DNA of 64,000 bases, from positions 35,278,001 through 35,342,000 of the forward strand of contig NC_042999.1 in the NCBI RefSeq assembly GCF_006345805.1. Reading direction: 5' to 3'. The position numbers were made by a program, and so were the translations under genes. The DNA comes from Octopus sinensis. Lineage: Eukaryota. This document shows, piece by piece, positions 54,800-64,000 of this stretch; the first letter of the stretch is position 1, and each line of letters starts with the position of its first letter. The notes under the pieces were generated by a model. The model did not search any database. It was not told the DNA's origin and was given only the letters and a program-made list of their open reading frames with translations.

Positions 54800-55370
54800 C
54801 GCATATATTGATTCATTGAAAAAATAAGTAATAATTCATGAAATTTTATAAAAGGAAACGTAACGTTTTTATGTTCCTTAACTCCTCCTAGGTCGTTGGT
54901 GCAAGGACAACGAAACTGAAACCAGCAAATTCGCTTACCCCAGGGAATGTCTTAAGGGAGTCTATTTTTTTTAAGGGCCGCCTAATTGAATCCCCGCTGA
55001 CCCCCTATTTTTACTCCATTTTAAAACTAAATACATGGCATTGGCGACCAAATCGGAGCAAAGGCAATGAATTTCACAACATGAACTCCTAGGGAGTATC
55101 GTAAGGAGGTTCAATTTCTGAAGGGTCGCTTAAATGGGGAGCCACTGACTCCCCTTCCTATTTTTACTGCATTTACCTTGCTCCTACGCTTATTGGTTAA
55201 ACTATGATCAGCATCAGTGCTTAGCACATTTGCAGCAATAAGTTTCATCACACAAGGATAGAGGGCCACAAAGCAGCTTGATAGTGGGAGCCGAAGGCCC
55301 CAAAAGTGTCCTCCGTAGGAGCTAGCCTGAATGCTGCCCGAAGGGCTGCTTCAAGGCTAGTATTATATAA
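54800..55370 (+). mobile_element. Helitron/Helentron-like non-autonomous element
   Basis: 3' long hairpin CTAGCCTGAA..GCCCGAAGGGC..TTCAAGGCTAG then T; internal subrepeats; 5' boundary uncertain. Confidence 0.45.
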
Positions 55371-55540
55371 ATCATTAATCTAAAGCAAAATATTGTGTAC
55401 TTAACTGTGTATTTATTCCAAAGTCTAACAAAGGAAATATTTTCTTAGTATGGAAGCAAGCATGTCATTGCAGTGGTTACTGCTGGTGGTGGTGGTGGTG
55501 GTGTTTCGTGTTTATGTAGTATATCTTATAAAAGCTTACC

Positions 55541-55590
55541 GAATACTTACTACTACTACCACTGAGATCTGCACCTGCAGTTAGCTTCAC
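55541..55590 (-). pseudogene. 28S rRNA-like fragment
   Basis: Reverse complement GCAGGTGCAGATCTCAGTGGTAGTAG..AAGTATTC versus the recalled conserved LSU GCAGGTGCAGATCTTGGTGGTAGTAGCAAATATTC. Confidence 0.6.
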
Positions 55591-56165
55591 TCTCCAAGTT
55601 GCCCACAAGGTATGAGTTAAACTCGCATTGCAAGCTAACAAAACATCCATGAAACCGGGCACCTACTTAAACATTAATCCTTTATATTCAATACTACTTT
55701 ACAAGTAGTACTTTTCTATAAACTGTACTCCTGTATAAACAATACTCTTCTCGCTTACAACAAGGACTTGTACTGTTTTCATAGTACGTATTTATAAACA
55801 GGAGGAGGACTAACCAAGCGAATGTTTAGCACTATGGTCATGGAAATAGAGCAATGTTGGTTTTTCAGTTCGGTTATTTACTGCCAATCACTAATAAAAA
55901 GAGTGTACACAATGTCCAAACTGTCATACTTCGGTCCATACGATTCAGAAGTGTATGGCAGTTACTATATGGTAGTATGGCAATTAACATATAAGTGGAA
56001 GATAGATATGAGAGTCACACCATGTCATTCGATCAACTGTGGAAAGCCTGTAAACAAAAGGGTCTTCTCTTCGTCATCCTTCAAGCAATTATTGACCTTT
56101 CAAATTCTAAGTCTTGCAGATTTTTGTTGTCTCGGATATCATGATCTTTTACCGTGTACGAATAA

Positions 56166-58846
56166 CATTGGGTTACAAATTTTCACAAACGTTTTGGTTA
56201 TCTTATTGTTTTGAATGATCGTAATGCAGAATTTGGTGCTGATTCCAAAAATGTGTTTATTTTTTCTCTACCATCGACCGTTGCGAGATATATCGAATTA
56301 TGCTAATATCCACATATCATCACACATCATACATACATCATATATATCATCATACATCACATATCATATACACATATCTGGCAACTGCCTGTGTAAACAA
56401 AAGCTCTAACATAACTTGATCACATGTTGTTGCGTGACGTAACTCTTGTTGTAAAACATATTTTTCTACTCTACTAATAAATCTACTAAACAAATAAATC
56501 TACTAATAAATCATTCATTCTTAAAGTTTATATTTTACCTCCATTATTCATATAAAAGTACTGAAATGTTTAGGTGAAAAGACAATGTCGTCACCGTTTT
56601 CTGCTACATACAACAGACTCAACAGAGACGCCTCAGTGCTCTTGTGGCTACCATAGCTAGTGAAAGGAAGTGTTGTGCTTCTGTCTCTCATCTCTCCATT
56701 TTTGTCCGGTGTTCCATTTGGTTTTGGGGTTATACTTGTTTGATTGCTGTCAGATCACGAGTTCTGTACAGTTGTCACTTATATGTCTTTCTTTTTCAGG
56801 TTTTTATTGCAAACATCGAATTTTTCTGATCATGGCTACAAGAGGATGCAGAAATTCACTAGATATATTCTGTTATGTGTGTGGATACTATGTTGGAAGA
56901 AAGCATGTAGCATATAAAATTGTGAAGGTTTGGGGTTGCTTATAGACTATATTTTGGAATGAGTAGGGGTGACCAAAGAAAACTATGGGCCTCTCTTGTG
57001 ATATATGGAACTTGTAGATCAAATTTAGATAGATGGCTTAGAGATGCAAGGAAAGCAATGCTTTTTGCTGTTCCGAGAGTTTGGTGAGAGCCAAAACATC
57101 ATCACGATGATTGCTATTTTTGCACGGTTGGTATATCAAAGTACAAAAGGGTTAAGGGAAGAAAAGCCCTTCCGTATCCAAGTATTAAATCCTCCATTGC
57201 ACCTGTGCCACATGATGATAACTTGCCGGTTCCACGGCCGCCAGAAAATGTTAGTACATTCTATCAGCGTGTTAATAAATTTAAATTCCATTTATGGAAA
57301 CAGAATCAATATTGAAATATGTGATTACACATAAAATTGTTATTAAAGTTTCAACTATTAAATGCAACCTTTTAAATTTTTCAGATAGAGGATATGAAGG
57401 AGGTCTCAGCAGGAGTGTCTGAAGGTGGCGACAATGAAACATTTGAGCCAGGAACGTGTACTTGCCCACACTTTCCAGATCAACGTAAACTGGATGATTT
57501 CATTAGGGACTTTGGTTTCACTAAGTCAGGAGCTGAACCTTTAGCATCCAGGTTGAATGAATGGAATCTCTTGGGGAAGAACTGAAGATTAAAAGCATTC
57601 AGGAGGCGCCATGAGCAATTCAAATTATACTTAAGTGAGGATCTCTGCTTCTGCAAAGATATAAATGGCTTGTTTACAGCGATTGGAATTAATCACAACC
57701 CTGAAGAATGGTGACTTTTCATAGATAGCTAAACAAAAAGCCTCAAAGCCGCTTTATTGCATAATATAAATTAGCATCCATCCTTACCTATTTCATACTC
57801 AATACAGATGAAGGAAGAATATTACAATGTAAAAGAGCTTCTTGAGAAAGTAAACTATGATAAGTTTAAATGGAATGTTTGTGGTGACTTTAAAATGTTT
57901 GCTTTCTTTACTTGGATTACAGGGTGGGTACACTAAGTATTCGTATTTTCTTTACCTATGGGACAGTAGGGCTGATCATGAACTTTATCAGAAGGCTGAG
58001 TGGCCCCAACGAGATGATCACCAGCCAGGAAAGCTAAATAAGACAACCTCTTGTAGAGCCTGCAAAAGTGTTGTTACCTCCACTTCATATAAAGCTGGGT
58101 TTAGTCAAACAGGTTGTAAAGGCTTTAGATAGTGGTGGAGAAGCATTTCAAGTGATTCGTCAGCTCTTTCAAAAGCTATCTGAGGCAAAAGTTAAGGGTG
58201 GTGGTATATTTACTGGTCCGCAAATAAAGAAAATGTTGAGGTCAGTAAAATTTGAAAATGAGATGAGTGATCTAGAAAGAGAGGCATGGTGCGCATTTCG
58301 AGATATTGTCAATGGATTCCTTGGTAGTAACAAAGACCCAAACTACAAGCAGCTCGCAGCAATTTTTGCATTCGCATTTCGACTTTTTTCTTGAAAACTT
58401 AGGCCAAGTTAGTGAGGAACATGGTGAGATATTCCATTAGGATTTTGCTACAATGGAAAAAATACCAAGGAAGATGGAACACTGCAAATGATGGGGTACT
58501 ATATATGGTCATTGGTGCATACAGATATAGGAGCTCACAGGAGGAGAACACGATCTTCAGGGCATTTCTAGTAAACTCTTATAATCTCATCAGAGTTTTG
58601 CTTACATTTCTAATTAGTTTTAAAATAACTAAGACAAAATATTTTTAGTTCCAATTAATGTACAATGTGAATAAGTTGAATAAAGTACTATCGCAGCTAA
58701 ATTTTGTTTTTATCTCTAGAAAACCGCAATTATCTCTCAAAATATCGATGCTATGCAATTTTCAAAGGTAGTTTTGAAATTAGCAGAAAGAATTACCTTA
58801 GAAACACTAAAAACATCCAGAGAAGTAAAACTTGTGTTACCCAGTG
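56166..58846 (+). mobile_element. Chapaev3-like (CMC) DNA transposon, full length, with decayed intron-containing transposase
   Basis: TIRs CATTGGGTTACAAATTTT / AAAACTTGTGTTACCCAGTG, 3-bp TSD TAA; FCYVCG, DCYFC, CGDFK, LLPPLHIKLGL, SEEHGE, YQGRW; GT-AG intron 57250-57384. Confidence 0.82.
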
Positions 58847-59179
58847 TAACTGAGCCGCATTCTATCTCCAAGAATCCACTTTCATCCATGTATGCATAAA
58901 TATATGTATGTCATTATTCAGTTTATTTCTAGATTCTTGCCAATAGAGAAAGAACTGGTTTCTAACCTAGATCCAAGGTTCCTTCATTGGAATTTTCAAC
59001 ATCAACAACAGGGTATTTTTCTATGGTACGTACGTACGTATGTATGTATGTATGTATGTATGTATGTATGTATGTATGTATGTATGTATGTATGCATGTA
59101 TGTATGTGTGTATGTATGTATTTATGTTTTATGTATGTATTCTCATGCATAGAGTTACATATCTAGACATACTCATATA

Positions 59180-59575
59180 TATTTAAATGATAAACTTTTG
59201 GAAAATTTTACAGATATTTACAGTTCCAGTGATGGATTGGATCTCTAGCCTTCGAATTAGCTTTCTCCTTTCTAGTTTTGAGAAGCCTAATTTCTCAATA
59301 TTGGTATATAGGCAGTGTGTTACATATTCCAGGGCCCCAATAATTACAAGTATAAACCTGAACCTGTAATCTGAATAGAGTAACTGTAGATTTCTCAATA
59401 GTTCAGCATAGGTGTTCTATTTTTCCCTGATCTTCAGCTTTATGTTAACATCGGCTAGGCAAATAATTTTCACAATTGTGCACAGTTTCTCTTCTCAATC
59501 CCAAAATCATTATATCAGGTCTGTTGTGCTTACATTTTATTGAGGTCTTCACTGGTACATTCCACCGGTATTCGT
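59180..59575 (-). mobile_element. 3' end of the R4/Dong-like element (same family as 50590-51785)
   Basis: WNVPVKTSIKCKHNRPDIM..IIGALEYV. Confidence 0.8.
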
Positions 59576-60239
59576 ATGTATGTATGTACTGTATGTATGT
59601 ATGTATGTATGTATGTATGTATGTATGTATGTATGTATGTATTGTGTATTTTCCCAAGATGCACGGCCTCTTAGCTAAATAACATACTTTGAGAGTGAAA
59701 TTGAGTCGGTGGAAAAGTACTTTTAATTCAAAAGTACAACCTTTTCACACACACTCACCCACTCACACACACACACACACATACACATACTCACGTATAT
59801 CGCATACACAGCGTCAAGCTGTTTCTACTTAAGGATTACGATTAATAGTACACATGTCCGTGGAATGATCAATCACTTATGGTTAATTCAAAGAGCAAGT
59901 ATTTCATTTGACCAAACAGCTAACTCTTTATGGAGAAACTTGACCACAGATTGAACTATGCGTGTTTATGATCGTTTGTATCAATATGTATAAATTTTTC
60001 TTTGATATTTGTTTAAATGTTTCTTAGCGGGATTCAAGCCAGTCACAAAGTGACAAATCTGTTTATTTCGTTTATCTTTAATCAAGATTCTTCCAGAGAG
60101 TTGTGTGAATATGTATGTGACTTGATTTGAATATGTATGTTGGTGTATGTAGATATATTTGCACTTCTTATTCATTTATTACTCTTTATATATGTATATG
60201 TGTAAGCCATGTACACATACGTGGTTGTATGAATATCTA

Positions 60240-61560
60240 TCTCCAGGAAGTTCGGACGGGTATAATTAGAATATTTTTAAAATTATCCAAATCAAATACC
60301 CTCGATTTTGTTTGGAAAATATGAACGTTTTGTTCTTTCTTTGGAAAAACACCAGGATTTCCAGGCTTTAATCCAAATTTCTTGTTCCACTGCCCAATGA
60401 TGCATTGATTATAAGCATAAGTAATAGTACACAGCCAAATCCCAGAAACTGCATATTCTGCATTAGTTTGTGAAAGATGATCTCTTTTCCCACATATCTT
60501 GATGTGATATTCATATCAACTTGACAACATAAACTTCGTTTAGTGGCAGATTTGTTGTGTTTGCTGCTATATATTGGTAAGTTTTAACAGTATTCCTCAT
60601 TTTATGTAGTTGTGGATAGCTCTGTTACTAGTTTTGACAATATCATATCTCATGAGAAGGTAGTGCCTATTGAACGTCTAGAGCAGCTGTTGATAATGTG
60701 GGTGATATCTCCCACATAGGTATGGCACAATCGATATTTTTTATACTAAGAAATATGCTACCGATATCTCGACTCCAACGAACCATTTGGCCGGAACCAC
60801 AGTCATCACTTAACCTTACCTGGAGCATACCTTTCAAGTACCTGATTCTATCAGAATCCTCATCTCAATTCATACAACACACACACACATGTATGAATGT
60901 GTGTATGTATGTATGTATGTATGTATGTATGTATGTATGTATGTATGTATGTATGTATGTATGTATGTATGTATGTATGTATGTATATATATATATAAAT
61001 ACATAGATACATACATACATACATACATACATACATACATACATACATACATACATACATACATACATACATACATACATACATACACACATTCATACAT
61101 GTGTGTGTGTGTTGTATGAATTGAGATGAGGATTCTGATAGAATCAGGTACTTGAAAGGTATGCTCCAGGTAAGGTTAAGTGATGACTGTGGTTCCGGCC
61201 AAATGGTTCGTTGGAGTCGAGATATCGGTAGCATATTTCGGTTTTGTAGACAGAGAAAACTAACCCTGTGAGTATTCGGTGCCTAAGGGGCTTGTCCACG
61301 TTACGCGTTACTTTGAGCAGTACATTCTTGGTATACTCTAGCGTGTCCGCCAAGTGGTAAATTCCCTTACTGTATTATAATCAAATGAATAAGAACGCAC
61401 GATGGATAACTTTGTTGGTCATTTCCCTTTTCATAGTTTTGCCTCGACAGACACATCTCTGCTGCATTCCTGGGATACTCCTTCATTCTGTAAAAACTAT
61501 GTTCTCATCGGATAATTATGGTCTTTCATAATGATGTAATGTTTTCATTTTTCATTCAAA
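60240..61560 (-). mobile_element. Diverged R4/Dong-like remnant interrupted by a fold-back
   Basis: Reverse-strand RLCHTYVGDITHIINSC..MRYD at ~60735-60640. Confidence 0.55.
60750..61239. repeat. ~490-bp palindrome centred on a (TATG)n-(TA)n-(CATA)n microsatellite
   Basis: Unique ~130-bp arm sequence is perfectly mirrored; the same ORF text appears on both strands. Confidence 0.95.
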
Positions 61561-61642
61561 ATTACGTAAGAAACAGCTGTAACGAGCTGACACTTATCCA
61601 TCGTGCGTTTTTATTCAGTTGATTATAATATATGTTATATGT

Positions 61643-62917
61643 AAAGCGGCGATCTGGCAGAAATGCTAGCACGCCGGGCAAAATGCTTAGCGGTACTTCG
61701 TCTGCCGCTACGTTCTGAGTCCAAATTCCGCCGAGGTCGACTTTGCCTTTCATCCTTTCGGGGTCGAAAAATTAAGTACCATTTACGCACTGGGGTCAAT
61801 GTAATCGACCTAATTCCTTTGTCTGTCCTTGTTTGTCCCCTCTGTGTTTAGCCCCTTGTGGTTAGTAAAGAAATAGGTACTTCGTCTGCCGCTACGTTCT
61901 GAGTCCAAATTCCGCCGAGGTCGACTTTGCCTTTCATCCTTTCGGGGTCGAAAAATTAAGTACCAGTTACGCACTGGGGTCAATTTAATCGACCTAATCC
62001 GTTTGTCTGTCCTTGTTTGTCCCCTCTGTGTTTAGCCCCCTGTGGGTAGTAAAGAAATAGGTATTTCGTCTGCCGCTACGTTCTGAGTTCAAATTCCGCC
62101 GAGGTCGACTTTGCCTTTCATCCTTTCGGGGTCGATTAAATAAGTACCAGTTACGCACTGGGGTCGATATAATCGACTTAATCCGTTTGTTTGTCCTTGT
62201 TTGTCCTCTCTGTGTTTAGCCCCTTGTGGGTAGTAAAGAAATAGGTATTTCGTCTGCCGCTACGTTCTGAGTTCAAATTCAGCCGAGGTCGACTTTGCCT
62301 TTCATCCCTTCGGGGTCGAAAAATTAAGTACCAGTTACGCACTGGGGTCAATGTAATCGACCTAATCCCTTTGTTTGTCCTTGTTTGTCCCCTCTGTGTT
62401 TAGCCCCCTGTGGGTAGTAAAGAAATAGGTATTTCGTCTGCCGCTACGTTCTGAGTTCAAATTCCGCCGAGGTCGACTTTGCCTTTCATCCTTTCGGGGT
62501 CGATTAAATAAGTACCAGTTACGCACTGGGGTCGATATAATCGACTTAATCCGTTTGTTTGTCCTTGTTTGTCCTCTCTGTGTTTAGCCCCTTGTGGGTA
62601 GTAAAGAAATAGGTACGTTCTGAGTTCAAATTCAGCCGAGGTCGACTTTGCCTTTCATCCTTTCGGGATCGAAAAATTAAGTACCAGTTACGCACTGGGG
62701 TCGATGTAATCGACCTAATCCCTTTGTCTGTCCTTGTTTGTCCCTTCTGTGTTTAGCCCCTTGTGAGTAGTAAAGAAATAGGTATTTCGTCTACCGCTAC
62801 GTTCTGAATTTTACTTTTCAGGGAAGATGAATTAAGTACCAGTTGCGTACTGATGTCGATCTAATCGATTGGCCTCCTCCCCCAAAATTTCGGGCCTTGT
62901 GCTTAGAGAGGAAAAGA
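61643..62917 (+). repeat. SINE family C head followed by 6 tandem 184-bp headless units
   Basis: Unit starts 61692, 61876, 62060, 62244, 62428, 62612 (169 bp), partial 62781. Confidence 0.92.
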
Positions 62918-63199
62918 ATATATGTTGTATGTATACAAAACATGTTCTTAGCTACGCACAGAATTGAAAACAATCTCTTATTTTCTAATTCTGGGCTTTG
63001 AATTTTTAGTATTTGATACACATCGAAACCGGTAATATTTTATAAAAGTCGGTTAATGTAACAAATATAGAAATAGTTATCCTACCAGATTAAAGGAAAA
63101 AGAAGTAAAAAAATCTTTACACATACTTCCGGGTTGTGTCCATCTTTACTTTTTACCTATAACCTTTGATTTACGTGAATGTTTAACCCCCCTTGCAAC

Positions 63200-63285
<86 letters not shown>

Positions 63286-63457
63286 AATATTAGGGAATAT
63301 ATCCAAATTTACAGGGAAAAAAAATCAGATTTAGGATTAAATCCAATTTTATAGTAAATATTATAAAATATTATTTGAGACAAAACCACTATTTTGCAAA
63401 ACAAACAAGGAAAGACTTAATCAATACATAAAATTTAATAAATAGTCAAAAAAACCG

Positions 63458-63499
63458 CCACTACAATCGTTTCTGTCTTGATCGACAATCTTCAGGTGG
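63458..63499 (-). ncRNA. Minimal type-I hammerhead ribozyme motif
   Basis: Reverse complement CCAC CTGAAGA T-TGTC GATCAA GACA GAAA CGATTG TA GTGG. Confidence 0.7.
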
Positions 63500-64000
63500 A
63501 CTTCCAATCTAAAAAATCAAAATTTTAAAATATAAAAATAATACTTTTAAATATTAAAGTATAAATGAAAAAATATAAGTATATAATCCATATATAACCT
63601 ATATATAATCCATATCGAAAATATAGACTAATTACCACGAATTCCCTAAAAAAAACCATGATAAAACAAAACTCTTAAAAACATATAACGATAAAATCTC
63701 CCTTTGCTAAACTCTATAACAAACCTATAAAGTAAACCCCCTAACCTAAACATTCACACACAAATACACACACGTAAACCACAGACTCACGACTTATACA
63801 CATACCTATACTAACTTATAAACCTCAATATACACCAAAACCCACTCCCTCCCCACACAGACAAATAACACATACATCCCAAAACCTAAATAACAAACCC
63901 ATATACACATTCACACACAAAACACACACTCACACGCAAAACACTCACACACAAAAGATACATATACTCCCTCACATATACGCCTATACATACTCACTAA

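Overview
AT-rich, microsatellite-dense eukaryotic intergenic or intronic DNA. The SINE families, Penelope load and (TA)n/(TATG)n/(GATA)n density suggest a cephalopod, probably Octopus; this is an inference. No host protein-coding gene is supported. The window is a mosaic of transposons: several Penelope-like elements (PLE; one near-intact RT+GIY-YIG ORF at 30238-32235), a CR1-type LINE, RTE and R4/Dong-type LINE fragments, a Gypsy pol remnant, mariner/Tc1 elements, a Chapaev3-type DNA transposon, non-autonomous Helitrons and three tRNA-derived SINE families. The main signal is RNA-structural. A 5.2-kb array of ~536-bp units at 43545-48712 carries a complete minimal type-I hammerhead ribozyme in every unit (10 copies, arranged head-to-head 3+7), which makes it a retrozyme/circular-RNA-like element. 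About ten more sequence-unrelated hammerhead or hammerhead-like motifs are scattered through the window, including a compensatory U3-A8 core variant. Also present are a SINE-derived 184-bp array, several perfect fold-backs, and small 5S- and 28S-rRNA-derived fragments. All calls are by eye, with no database search or folding program run, and boundaries may be off by a few bases.
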